Source of the DNA: Candidatus Methylomirabilia bacterium
GTDB taxonomy: Bacteria; Methylomirabilota; Methylomirabilia; Rokubacteriales; CSP1-6
NCBI GenBank assembly: GCA_041497895.1
Contig: JBGQHJ010000007.1
Location: 1 to 62,241 of the forward strand
Reading direction: 5' to 3'
DNA length: 62,241 nucleotides
Of this stretch, positions 27,275 through 36,984 are shown piece by piece. Made by a program: the position numbers and the translations under genes. The stretch's first letter is position 1. Every line of letters starts with the position of its first letter. The notes under the pieces are model-generated. The model saw only the letters and a list, made by a program, of their open reading frames with translations, was not told the origin of the DNA and searched no databases.

Positions 27275-30200
27275 TCAGGCCTGGGCCAGGGTCGTGGTCG
27301 CTCGCTCGACCTGGCGGTAGGCCAGGCCGGGTCGGGTCACCTCCCCGCCCGCGACAACCACGATCGACCGACCATGCCCGACCTCCTCGGGCTGGATGAC
27401 CACGAGCGTGTTCCCGGATCGCAGTACCGCCGTGCGGAACACGGCGCCGGACCCCGCAGCCTTCCTGATGACGGCCTGGAGATCCTGCGCGAACGCTCCC
27501 ACCGCGGGCACGTCGACGCCGGGCGGCAGGAAGAAGTAAAAAACTCCTTCACCTTCGGTATCACGGAGCACCGACGCGGTGACCCGACCGTAGGCGGTGA
27601 GACTCGCTGCCTGGCGCGTGAGCTGGGCCGACACCGGCACCGGGACGAGGCTCCGACTCCGCTCGCCGGGCGGTGGCCCCGCCGGGATCGCCACCCGTCG
27701 ATTCCCCTTGGTAGCGGCCCGCTGGCAGAGCATCTCGAGCAGGGCCAGGGCCCCGCCGCGAGCGGCCGCGGTCGCCAGCACCGGCCCGCGCGCGTTCGCC
27801 GGAATGAGCGGCGTCAGCACCAGCGCCGTCTCGGGACCACGGAGTGTGATCTGATCGAGGGGCCACGGTGCGCGGCTCTCGGTGAGCAGGGGCAGGGCCA
27901 GCCCGGTGGCCGCCGCGGCAGTTTCCGGCGTCACGGTGGGTGCGGCCATCGCAAACACGGTCACTCCTTCCATCGACTGGACGGTCGCCTCGAACGAGGC
28001 GATGGGAGCGAGCAGGGTGAGGATGCGCCGGGTTTCGGCAGCCGTCGCTGGATCCGAAAGCGCGGGAACCGATCCCGACTCGACGGGCGAAGCGACCGGC
28101 CATCGCCTCGTCGGGGCTGGGACCACAGGCTCCACCGCCGGCGCCACGGCGACCGGCTGAGGGATCGGCTCTTTCCCGCGGGGCTCGGACACCTCGATCG
28201 GAGCCGGTGGCGTGACCAGGGGCGCCGGCGCGGCGGCGACGGGCGGCGGCTCGACGCTCAGCACGGGCTCGGGAACAGGCGGCCAATCCGCGACGATCGG
28301 CGGCGGCGGGGCGACCGGCTCCACCACGGGCGGGGGCTCTGCCGCGATCAGATCCCTCACGGGGCGAACTCCAACCGGCGCGGGCGGCGCCTCCACCATC
28401 CGAGGCGGCTCCGCCACAATGGCGGAAGCGGGCTCGGGCATCGACATCGATCCAGGAGCCCGGTCGAGCACGACCTCGGGGCTCGAGACCGGTGACGGCT
28501 CCACCACGGGTTCCGGCTCGGGCACGGGCTCGGCCACGGGCGTCGGCGCGGGCGCTTCCGTCGCGGCGACCGGTGCCGGCTCGGGCGCTGGGTCCGAGAC
28601 CAGCGGCTGAAACGGCGCGGGGAAGCTCTCGAGTCCTCTCACGTCGACGGCCGGACCGCCGGTCATGAACAGATCCGGGGAGATTTGACGGATGACCTCG
28701 TCGAGAGGCAGCTGGATCCCGTTCGGCAGCCGCTCGGTCATCTCGGCATCCGACACCGCCATCTGCTCGCGGGGGAACTGGGGCGCGACCACGTCCCAGC
28801 CCACCTGGATCAGCCCCTCCCCGAGCTGGGGGAGAACTCGCGACAGCGGGATGAGCAAAACGCCCGGGTGCTGCATCCGCGTCGCCACCTGATCCAATGG
28901 CCCGCGGAACGCTTCCGCCGGAAGATCGGCGGCTACCCGGTCGAAGGAGACTCGCACGGTGGGCTCGTCGACGACCGGAGCGGGCGCCGGAACGGCAACC
29001 GGCTCCGGCTCGAGAACATGGATCGGCGCGGGGGCCGAGGCGACCGGCTCCTCGATCGGCGACGGCCTCTCCGGTGCGGAGACCGGCGACGGCCCGATCT
29101 GCGGCGCGGGCGGAGACTCCGGGGCGACGCGCTCGCGAGTCGCGGCGGCGGGCGCTACTCGTGGCCGCTCGATGATCGGGGTCGGCGGGACCTCCGGAAC
29201 GATCTGGGCCGGCGCGCTCGGCGACGGCTCCGACTCCTCGAGTGGATGGAACGGCAGCGGGATCCGGTCGAGACCCGAGAGCTCGACCTCCGGAGTATCC
29301 GCGATGAACAACTCGTGCGGCAGCTGACCCACCACCTCGTCCAGCGGCAGGCGAAGCCCGTCGCCGAGATGCTCGCTGATCTCGGCACTGCCAAGCCCGA
29401 TGAGCCGCGCAGGGAACTGATCAACGATGTCGCTCCACGCGACCCTCGCGATCCCCTCCGACAGCTGGGTGACCACGAGCTGCCCGGGAATGAGCAGGTT
29501 GCCGGGATCGCTCAGGCTCGCCGCCACCTCGTCCTCGGGCGCGAGGAACGTGCCCGGCGGTAGCTGATCCATGATCCGGTCGAGCGCGATCCTGAGCACG
29601 ACATCCGATCGCCGAGTGGGGCGTGCAATCTCGGCCTCTCGGCGGCGCTCGGCCCGTGCCGCCGCCCGGCGTCTGCTCGCCTCGTCCATCGGGCCAGGAT
29701 CGAGAGTCGGCACCGGCGGGACCGGAGCAGCAGTCGGAGCCACCGGCACGACCGACCCCAGGGAGGGCTCCATCTGGGGCACGGCCGTCGCCTCGCTCGG
29801 CGTGTAGCGGCTCTCGGCCGGAGCGGGCTGTGTTTGCCGCAACGGAATGGGCCGACCACGTACCGGGGACGGCGCACGCCCGGCGGCCGACGTCCGCTCC
29901 CGAGCCGACCGCGGGCGCGCCCGCAGCAGGTCGCGGAGCGGCACTAGGAGCAGGATGAGGCCAACGAGCTCGGGCAGCGGCGGAGGCAGCACCCACGGTA
30001 GCTGCCGTCCGGCGAGGGAGGGGTCGAGAAACGCGGAGATCGGCCCGCGGGCCAGGCCAAGCAGGACGTGCAGGCCACTCAGCAGCGCGGTCCCGACGAG
30101 CCATCTCAAAGGAGAAGGCCAGCGTACGCACAGGACCACCAGCAAGCCGTACACGAGCGGCGGGACGACCGCGACACCCCAGTGCGGGAGTGGCACCTCG

Positions 30201-30337
30201 AGCTGCAGCGGCAGCATGGTCAGCCCGTACAGGAGCCCGACGTACGCAGCCAGCCCCAGCACCACCATCAGCCACGACGAGAACCGCCGGGCGCTGGAGG
30301 TCGAATTGTAGGACGTTCTCATGGACGCTTGCCTCAC
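27275..30337 (-). CDS. Large membrane-anchored Pro-rich protein with a duplicated ~120-aa domain and C-terminal roadblock-like domains
   Basis: About 4 N-terminal TM segments, Pro/Ala/Glu linkers, two homologous ..LPLDEV..Q.. domains; translationally coupled within the operon. Confidence 0.75.
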   Translation of the reverse strand: MRQASMRTSYNSTSSARRFSSWLMVVLGLAAYVGLLYGLTMLPLQLEVPLPHWGVAVVPPLVYGLLVVLCVRWPSPLRWLVGTALLSGLHVLLGLARGPISAFLDPSLAGRQLPWVLPPPLPELVGLILLLVPLRDLLRARPRSARERTSAAGRAPSPVRGRPIPLRQTQPAPAESRYTPSEATAVPQMEPSLGSVVPVAPTAAPVPPVPTLDPGPMDEASRRRAAARAERRREAEIARPTRRSDVVLRIALDRIMDQLPPGTFLAPEDEVAASLSDPGNLLIPGQLVVTQLSEGIARVAWSDIVDQFPARLIGLGSAEISEHLGDGLRLPLDEVVGQLPHELFIADTPEVELSGLDRIPLPFHPLEESEPSPSAPAQIVPEVPPTPIIERPRVAPAAATRERVAPESPPAPQIGPSPVSAPERPSPIEEPVASAPAPIHVLEPEPVAVPAPAPVVDEPTVRVSFDRVAADLPAEAFRGPLDQVATRMQHPGVLLIPLSRVLPQLGEGLIQVGWDVVAPQFPREQMAVSDAEMTERLPNGIQLPLDEVIRQISPDLFMTGGPAVDVRGLESFPAPFQPLVSDPAPEPAPVAATEAPAPTPVAEPVPEPEPVVEPSPVSSPEVVLDRAPGSMSMPEPASAIVAEPPRMVEAPPAPVGVRPVRDLIAAEPPPVVEPVAPPPPIVADWPPVPEPVLSVEPPPVAAAPAPLVTPPAPIEVSEPRGKEPIPQPVAVAPAVEPVVPAPTRRWPVASPVESGSVPALSDPATAAETRRILTLLAPIASFEATVQSMEGVTVFAMAAPTVTPETAAAATGLALPLLTESRAPWPLDQITLRGPETALVLTPLIPANARGPVLATAAARGGALALLEMLCQRAATKGNRRVAIPAGPPPGERSRSLVPVPVSAQLTRQAASLTAYGRVTASVLRDTEGEGVFYFFLPPGVDVPAVGAFAQDLQAVIRKAAGSGAVFRTAVLRSGNTLVVIQPEEVGHGRSIVVVAGGEVTRPGLAYRQVERATTTLAQA

Positions 30338-31170
30338 ACCGCCCGGACCAGGTCCGGAAGGGCCTTCTTCACGTGGTAGCGAACCTTGCCGAGAACGGCC
30401 GGATCGCCGAGGACCACGGCGAGCATCGCACCCTCGCCGACCGCATTGAGCAGCACCACCCCGGCCTCGTATTCGAGAATCACGCTCTGCAGGCGCCCCT
30501 GGGCCAGGGCCTGCCCCACCCCCCCGGTCGAGTCGACGAGGCAGGACGCGAGCGCGCCGGCGAGCGCCGCTTCCGGCAGCATCCCTCCAGCTGCCTCCAT
30601 CAGGGCGCCCTCCCGGTCGATCAGCGCGGTCAGGGACACGCCGGGCAGCTGAGCCACGCCGTCGAGGAGGACCTTGAGGTCAGCCGCAGGCGCCGCGCTC
30701 TCGGGCGTGACCGGAACGCGCTCGGGCGCCGGCGCCCGCCGCTCCACGGGCGGAATGACCGGCGCCGGCGCGGGAGTCGGTGCGGCGACGGCCGGCGGCC
30801 GGCTCTGCGCGGCGAGGAGGCTCTCGATCCGCTGCAGCAGCTCCTCCGCCGCGAACGGCTTCCGCATGACGTCGTCGGAGCGCACCTTGGCGGCGCGCTC
30901 AAGCACGGTGCCGTTGACGATGCCCGAGATCAGCAACACGGGCGTGTGGCCGAGCGTCTCGTGCTTCTTGACGAAGTCACAGATCTGGTAGCCGTCCATG
31001 TCCGGCATGATCACGTCGCAGACGATCAGGTCCGGCGCCTCGCGCCCGATCTGCTCGAGGGCCTCGCTTCCCGACGCGGCCGACAGCACCTCGATACGTC
31101 GGGACTCGAGCGCCCGTTGCACCACCTTGCGGACACTCAGGCTGTCGTCGACCACCAGGACCTTGGGCAT
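30334..31170 (-). CDS. Response regulator receiver plus Pro-rich linker plus roadblock domain
   Basis: VLVVDDS, PDLIVCDVIMPDMDG, KPF; C-terminal LPGVSLTALIDREG...LQSVILEYEAG...LGKVRY. Confidence 0.85.
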   Translation of the reverse strand: MPKVLVVDDSLSVRKVVQRALESRRIEVLSAASGSEALEQIGREAPDLIVCDVIMPDMDGYQICDFVKKHETLGHTPVLLISGIVNGTVLERAAKVRSDDVMRKPFAAEELLQRIESLLAAQSRPPAVAAPTPAPAPVIPPVERRAPAPERVPVTPESAAPAADLKVLLDGVAQLPGVSLTALIDREGALMEAAGGMLPEAALAGALASCLVDSTGGVGQALAQGRLQSVILEYEAGVVLLNAVGEGAMLAVVLGDPAVLGKVRYHVKKALPDLVRAV

Positions 31171-31173
31171 GAG

Positions 31174-32106
31174 CTAGGCTTCTCCGGTCCGCGTCGCGCG
31201 GGTGCTCGCCGCTTCGCGGGTCCCGGCGGCGCGTTCATTTGTCTCGTCCATCTCCTGGGCCACGCTCAGGAGAAGCTGCTCCACGCTTCGCGAGATCGTC
31301 CGGGGTCGACCGGCCACCGCCTCGCGATCCGCCCGGTTGAAGCAGAAGCGCGCCTCGCCTTCCCGTTGGGAGGCGGCAACCATCGCCGCGAATGCCGGCT
31401 CGCCCGACCGCTCCGCGAACTCCGCGTGCACCACTCGCCCCGCATCGAACAGGATGATTCCCTCGCCCTTCGACAGGGAAAGGAGGAGCTCGCCCGTCTT
31501 GACGCCGAGCGAGATGACCTGGGTTAGCTCGGTCAGGTCCATCACCCCGAGCGAGCCCTGGAAGCTGCTCCGCGCCGGCTCGACCACGGGCTTCGCCGGC
31601 GGGGCGGTGGGAGCCGGAGGCGCCGGGAGCACAGGGGCGACCGGGGTCGCGGCGGGTCGAGCCGGCATCTTCGCCGGCGCCTTGGACGGCGTGGCGGGCT
31701 GCTGCTCGGAGCGCGGCTTGGCGGGGGGGGCGGCCGGCGCATCGCCCAACAGCTCCTTGATGCGGGTCATCACGGTGGTCAGTGTGAAGTCGCCAGTCAC
31801 CGTCATGTCCACGCCCGCCTCGGTCGCGGCCAAGGCGATGGGACGATCGCGCCCGGCCAGGAGGAGGAACGGCGTGTCCTTGGTGGCCGGGTCGCGCCGG
31901 ACCATCGTGAACAACTCGTAGCCGTCCATGTCCTGGACTTTCGCGTAGCTCACGATCAGGTCGGGCTGCTCCCACTCGAGCATGGTCAGCGCGAACGACC
32001 CGCTGGTGGCCACCGCGGCCTCGTAGCCCGCGTCGGTCAGGGCGTGGGCGAGCGCGGCCCGGCTGTCCTGATTGGCGTCCACCACGAGTACCTTCGCGTT
32101 GGCCAC
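31174..32106 (-). CDS. Pseudo-receiver plus DUF4388 (PatA-N-like) protein
   Basis: Receiver fold with LIVSY instead of LIVSD; C-terminal FQGSLGVMDLTELTQVISLGVKTGEL...GRVVHA...SVEQLLL. Confidence 0.8.
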   Translation of the reverse strand: MANAKVLVVDANQDSRAALAHALTDAGYEAAVATSGSFALTMLEWEQPDLIVSYAKVQDMDGYELFTMVRRDPATKDTPFLLLAGRDRPIALAATEAGVDMTVTGDFTLTTVMTRIKELLGDAPAAPPAKPRSEQQPATPSKAPAKMPARPAATPVAPVLPAPPAPTAPPAKPVVEPARSSFQGSLGVMDLTELTQVISLGVKTGELLLSLSKGEGIILFDAGRVVHAEFAERSGEPAFAAMVAASQREGEARFCFNRADREAVAGRPRTISRSVEQLLLSVAQEMDETNERAAGTREAASTRATRTGEA

Positions 32107-32109
32107 CGG

Positions 32110-35103
32110 CTACTCCGCCATCGTCCCGGCGCGACCGGACACCGAGAGGGCCGCTTCCGGCGCGGTCGTGACCGACCTCACGAGCCGGATGAAGCTCTGC
32201 TCCTCGACCGGCTTCGCCACGTAGTGCCGGACGCCCAGACGCCGCGCGAGACTCACGTGCTTGGACCCGGCCCTCGTGGTCAGCACCATCACCGGGACGT
32301 CCCGGGTGACCGACCGGCGTCGCAAGTCCTCGATCAGGGCGTAGCCGTTCATCCGGGGCATCTCGAGATCCGTGATGACCGCATCGACGGTCTTCTCGGT
32401 GAGCTGCTGGATCGCGTCCTGTCCGTCCACCGCGGTGAGCACGTCGAACCCGGCCTTCTCCAGCATCAGTCCCACGAACTTGCGGATGCTGACCGAGTCG
32501 TCCACGAGCAGGATCCGCGGCCGCTCCTCCCCATTGTCGGCCGCCTGCTCCTCTTCGCGGGACGGGACCGCCGACATCGGCGAGGGGATCTTCGCGGCCG
32601 CCTCGCGCAGCAGGGTGGGATCCAAAAGCAGGATCACTCGCCCCTCGCCGGAGATCGTGGCCCCGGAGTACGGGCCGACACCCTCGAGGAGCGCGCCCAG
32701 GTTCTTGATGACGATCTCCTCTTTCCCGAGCAGCTCGTCGACGATCACTCCGAAGGGCTTCCCACCGCCCCGGAGCACGACGACCGGCAGCCGCGTGGCC
32801 GGTGGGGCAGCCCTAAGGCCAAGCACCCGGTCGAGCCGGATCAAATCGATGACCTGATCATCCAGCCGGACCCACTCCCGGCCGCCCGAGCCCATGATCT
32901 CGGAGGGGGCGACCGGGCGCATCACGCTCACCGCGGTAAGCGGGAACGCGAGGGTCTCCGGGCCGCACCGAACCATCAAGGCGTCGGCGATGGCCACCGT
33001 GAGAGGCAACTTCAGCACGAATCGGGTCAGGCGGCCCGGCTCGGTCTCGACGTGAATCTCGCCGTTGAGTCGGCTGACATTGGTTCGCACCACATCGAGC
33101 CCCACGCCTCGCCCGGATGTCCGGGTGACCGCCGCCGCGGTGCTGAACCCGGTAACGAAGATGAGGTTGAGGGCGTCTCGGTCGGAAAGCGCGATGGCCT
33201 CCGCGGCCGGGAGCAGGCCCTGCTCCACCGCTCGCCGGCGCAGGAGACTCGTGTCGATCCCGCGGCCGTCGTCCTCGACCTCGACCAGCACGAAGCCTCC
33301 CGCCTGCGAAGCAGACAGCGTCAGCCGGCCCTGGGCGGGCTTGCCGAGGCGCTCTCGCTCGGCGGTCGGCTCGATCCCGTGCCCGATCGCGTTCTGGATG
33401 AGGTGCAGGAGCGGATCCGCGACCTGCTCGATGACGCTGTTATCGACCTCCGCCGTCTCACCTCGGAGCGTGAGGGTCACGGTCTTCCCGGTGGCGCGCG
33501 CCGCTTCCCGTACCTGCTGGGCCACGCGGGTAAAGAGCCGGCCGATGGGCACCATGCGCGCTCGGGTAATCTCCTTGCGGAGCGCCGCGGTCAGGCGCTG
33601 GATCTGGGCCGTGTCCTCCCGGACGCTCCGCAGGAGCGCCGCGTGCTGGCTCTGGGCCTCGCCGACGTCGGCCGACATCTCCGCTACGCTCCGCGCCAGG
33701 ATGTTGATGTCATCATAGCGGTCGAACTCGAGCTCGGCGAAGAGCTCGGACAGGTCCCGGAGGTCGCCGATCTCGTCACGCTCCGGGGCTCCGTCCTGGG
33801 GCGCGCGCGGGGGCATCCCGAGAGCGTGTCGCCGGAACTCGAAGTCTCGCCCGGCCTGCCCGAGCCGCGTCCGACTGGCGAGGAGCAGCTGGCTCACCTG
33901 ATCGAGCTGGAGCAGCCTACGGTCGAGACGGCTTCGGGCGATCATGAGCTCGCCAGCCAGGTTCATCAGCGCGTCGATCCGCTCGACGGCCACGCGAATG
34001 CTGGGCCCGGTCGGCGCCGCAGCCGAGCGCAGCGCGGGTCGCGGCAGCGCCTCCAGCCGGGCGAGAAACTCCGGTCGCACGAATCCGGGCAGGACCGGTG
34101 TGAGCGACGGAGCCGACGGGGCCAACGGCACGTCCGACTCGACGGCAGTGACCGGTGCAACCTGATCCCCCGGCCCGACCGCGTCCTCCGCAACCGCTGC
34201 CGGCGGTGGGCTGTCGGCGAGCGCCGACGCCATCATGGCGCGGAGGTCCTGGGTGGCGCCCCCCAGGGCGAGCGCCGTATTCTCCGAAACCGCGGCACCG
34301 CTCTCCAGCACTTGCTTGATCGTGGTCGCTCCCACGAAGAGCGCTTCGGTCACCGCGGGGGTCAAGTCCAGCCGGCCCTCTCGAACCGCTCCGAGCAGAT
34401 CCTCGACCTGATGCGCGGCGTCGCCGATCGGCGCGCACCCGACCGTGTAGGCGGCTCCCTTGAGGGTATGGACCGCTCGGAAGACGGTCGCCAGCGTTTC
34501 CTCGTCCCGCGCGCCGCCCTCGACGGCGAGCAGGGCGGTGGTCATCGCCTCGAGATGCTCGGCGGCCTCCGGCAGGAAGTACTCCAGCACCTCGCTATCT
34601 GCGGTGAAGAAGCGGACGAGCGCGGTGGAGATCGGCGACCGGACGGGGTCGAGCACGGCGGCGGGAGCGGACGGGATCACGGGTGTCGCACGCGCCTCGC
34701 TGGGCACGGAGGCGAGGAAGGCGGGATAGCGGGCCTTGAACTCGCCGACCCGGGCCGCGTCCTCCACCCCAACCGCGCTGATGCCGTCGAATACCTCCTT
34801 CAGCAGCCCCACCAGGCCGTCCAGGAATCCGGCGCCGCGGGCCCGCTCCTCGGCGGAGGCGATCGACGCCCGCTGCAGCAAGCGCTCGGCGGCCCCGGCC
34901 AGCTCGGATACGCCCGGGAAGCCGTAGAGCGCCGCCGATCCCTTCAGGCGGTGCGCGAGCACCACGAGCGGCGCCAGCTCCTCCGCCGAGGGAGCGTCGC
35001 CTCCCGCCAGCTGACCCAGCCCTTCCTCGAGAGCCCCGGCGGTATCCCAGGCCTCCATGAGGAAGATGCCCAGCATCAGCTCGCGCTCGCGTCGATCCGC
35101 CAT
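32110..35103 (-). CDS. CheA/ChpA-like hybrid kinase (2 HPt, kinase, CheW, receiver)
   Basis: AHRLKGSA and VHTLKGAA HPt motifs, HLIQNAIGHGIE, DDGRG, GFST, SGRGVGLDVV, CheW domain, C-terminal ITDLEMPRMNG. Confidence 0.92.
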   Translation of the reverse strand: MADRRERELMLGIFLMEAWDTAGALEEGLGQLAGGDAPSAEELAPLVVLAHRLKGSAALYGFPGVSELAGAAERLLQRASIASAEERARGAGFLDGLVGLLKEVFDGISAVGVEDAARVGEFKARYPAFLASVPSEARATPVIPSAPAAVLDPVRSPISTALVRFFTADSEVLEYFLPEAAEHLEAMTTALLAVEGGARDEETLATVFRAVHTLKGAAYTVGCAPIGDAAHQVEDLLGAVREGRLDLTPAVTEALFVGATTIKQVLESGAAVSENTALALGGATQDLRAMMASALADSPPPAAVAEDAVGPGDQVAPVTAVESDVPLAPSAPSLTPVLPGFVRPEFLARLEALPRPALRSAAAPTGPSIRVAVERIDALMNLAGELMIARSRLDRRLLQLDQVSQLLLASRTRLGQAGRDFEFRRHALGMPPRAPQDGAPERDEIGDLRDLSELFAELEFDRYDDINILARSVAEMSADVGEAQSQHAALLRSVREDTAQIQRLTAALRKEITRARMVPIGRLFTRVAQQVREAARATGKTVTLTLRGETAEVDNSVIEQVADPLLHLIQNAIGHGIEPTAERERLGKPAQGRLTLSASQAGGFVLVEVEDDGRGIDTSLLRRRAVEQGLLPAAEAIALSDRDALNLIFVTGFSTAAAVTRTSGRGVGLDVVRTNVSRLNGEIHVETEPGRLTRFVLKLPLTVAIADALMVRCGPETLAFPLTAVSVMRPVAPSEIMGSGGREWVRLDDQVIDLIRLDRVLGLRAAPPATRLPVVVLRGGGKPFGVIVDELLGKEEIVIKNLGALLEGVGPYSGATISGEGRVILLLDPTLLREAAAKIPSPMSAVPSREEEQAADNGEERPRILLVDDSVSIRKFVGLMLEKAGFDVLTAVDGQDAIQQLTEKTVDAVITDLEMPRMNGYALIEDLRRRSVTRDVPVMVLTTRAGSKHVSLARRLGVRHYVAKPVEEQSFIRLVRSVTTAPEAALSVSGRAGTMAE

Positions 35104-35111
35104 TCGGCGCC

Positions 35112-36941
35112 TCAGCTCACCAGTTTGAAGCGGGAGAGCTTGACCGTGAGCTCCTCGGCGAGATGGGCCAGCTGTTCGACGTTCCGCCGGCTCTGCTGAA
35201 CCCCCTGCTCCGTCTTCACCGCCGCGCCCGCGATCGCCTGCACCGCGCCCGCGATCGCCTCCGCGCCCCGGACCTGCTGCTGGGAGGCCTGCGAGATCTC
35301 GGCTGCGAGCTCCGACGACGCCTGCGAGATCTTGCCGATCTCCTGGAGCGCCGCCTCCGCCTTGAGGCTCACCTCGTAGCCCGACTCCACCTCGTGGGTC
35401 CCCGATTCCATGGCGACGACCGCTTCCTGCGTCTCGACCTGCACCCCTTTGATCAGGGTCCCGATGTCGCGGGTGGCCTGGGTGGCCCGCTCGGCGAGCT
35501 TCCGCACCTCGTCGGCCACCACCGAGAACCGAAGGCCAGCCTCGCCGGCTCCGGCCGCCTCGATCGAGGCGTTGAGCGCGAGGAGATGCGTCTGGGCCGC
35601 GATGTCCTGAATGGTGTTCACGATCTCGGAGATCTCGAGCGAGCGATCGCCGAGGGACTTGATCTTCTTAGAGATCGTCTGCACCTCGGACCGGATCTGC
35701 TGCATGCTCGCGAGGCTATTGCGCACCGCTCCCTCGCCCTTGCTGGCGGCCTGCAGCACCTGACGCGCGGCCTTCGCGCTCTCGTCCGCGCTCTCGGCCA
35801 CCCGCCGCACCGAGCCCATCGCGTCCGCCACCGAGCGCGTGACGCTGGACGCGTCGCGGGACTGGGCCTGTGCGGCCACCGCCAGCTCGCCGGTGATCGC
35901 GATGGTGTCCTGGGAGCCGGCGCTGACCCGCAGCGCGGCCTGGCGCACGTCGCCGACGACGGTGGCGATCTCCTCGACCATCAGGTTGATGGCGTCGACC
36001 ACGTTGCCGAGCACGTCCCACGTCACCTCGCCCCGTCGGGTCAGATCGCCCTTGCCGATCTCCACGACCGTGTCGAGGAACTTGATGATGTTCTGCTGCA
36101 GGTCCTCGCGCTTGCGCCGCTCCTCGTCGCGATCGGTCTCGGTCTGGACGAGGCCCCGCAGGCGCACGATGCTCTCGTTGAAGGTGACCGTCATCTGGCC
36201 GATCTCGTCACGTGACGTGACCGGCACCAGCTGCGACAGGTCGCCGCGCCCCACGCGCTCGGCCCCGGCCATCAGCGCGTTGACCGGGCGGGTGATCCGC
36301 TGGGCGAAGATGATCCCGGCCAGGCCTGCCGCGACCGCGATCCCGCCGAATACCAGCAGCAAGAAGTTACCCGCCTGGACCGCCGACGCGGTGATGATCG
36401 ACTTGTCCATGCCCACCCGCACGGTGCCCAGCTGACCGCCGAGCATGGGCACCCCGATGTCGATGATCTCGCGCTGGCGGCCGGTGCGCGGATCTGGGTA
36501 GGTGATCTCCCGCACCTGCGGTCGGGGAGAATGCCCAGGCACCACGTTCTTCTCGACGATGCCCTTCGGCACGACGGGAGCGAAGGTGTGGGCGATGAAC
36601 CCGCGCTGTGGGTCGTAGACCATCACGTAGGCGACGCCGGCGATCTTGGCGAACTCGTCGACCTGCGCCTGCACGGTCGAGGCGTCGCGATTGACGATGA
36701 GATCGGCACCCGAGCTGGCCAGGCTGTTGGCGATCGCGCTACCCTTGTCGGTGAACTCGCGGGTGAGGCTCTCCTGGAGCGACCGGTAGGCGACCGTCCA
36801 GCTCACCGCGGCCAAGGGCACGAGGACGAGCACCAGGAACACCGTGATCTTGCCCAGGAGGCCGAAGCGTACCCGGTGAGCCGGGCTTGAGCCGGCCACG
36901 TGCTCGCTACCGGCAGGGCCGCCGTCCGCGCTCTTGTTCAT
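35112..36941 (-). CDS. Methyl-accepting chemotaxis protein (PilJ-like)
   Basis: ATG at 36941 after GGAGGAGG; two TMs, periplasmic domain, HAMP domains, IAAQTHLLALNASIEAAGAGEAG..FSVVADEVRKLAE. Confidence 0.92.
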   Translation of the reverse strand: MNKSADGGPAGSEHVAGSSPAHRVRFGLLGKITVFLVLVLVPLAAVSWTVAYRSLQESLTREFTDKGSAIANSLASSGADLIVNRDASTVQAQVDEFAKIAGVAYVMVYDPQRGFIAHTFAPVVPKGIVEKNVVPGHSPRPQVREITYPDPRTGRQREIIDIGVPMLGGQLGTVRVGMDKSIITASAVQAGNFLLLVFGGIAVAAGLAGIIFAQRITRPVNALMAGAERVGRGDLSQLVPVTSRDEIGQMTVTFNESIVRLRGLVQTETDRDEERRKREDLQQNIIKFLDTVVEIGKGDLTRRGEVTWDVLGNVVDAINLMVEEIATVVGDVRQAALRVSAGSQDTIAITGELAVAAQAQSRDASSVTRSVADAMGSVRRVAESADESAKAARQVLQAASKGEGAVRNSLASMQQIRSEVQTISKKIKSLGDRSLEISEIVNTIQDIAAQTHLLALNASIEAAGAGEAGLRFSVVADEVRKLAERATQATRDIGTLIKGVQVETQEAVVAMESGTHEVESGYEVSLKAEAALQEIGKISQASSELAAEISQASQQQVRGAEAIAGAVQAIAGAAVKTEQGVQQSRRNVEQLAHLAEELTVKLSRFKLVS

Positions 36942-36984
36942 CGCGCGCCTCCTCCAGACCCGCTTCGCGCCGCTCACCGGATCC

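Noticed and set aside
32044..35199. Long antisense and alternative-frame ORFs (for example 32044..35199 +, 2184..4001 +, 3914..5716 +, 36934..38589 +, 51669..53195 +)
   Set aside because: These are shadow ORFs expected at very high GC. They overlap well-supported genes and have no recognisable motifs.
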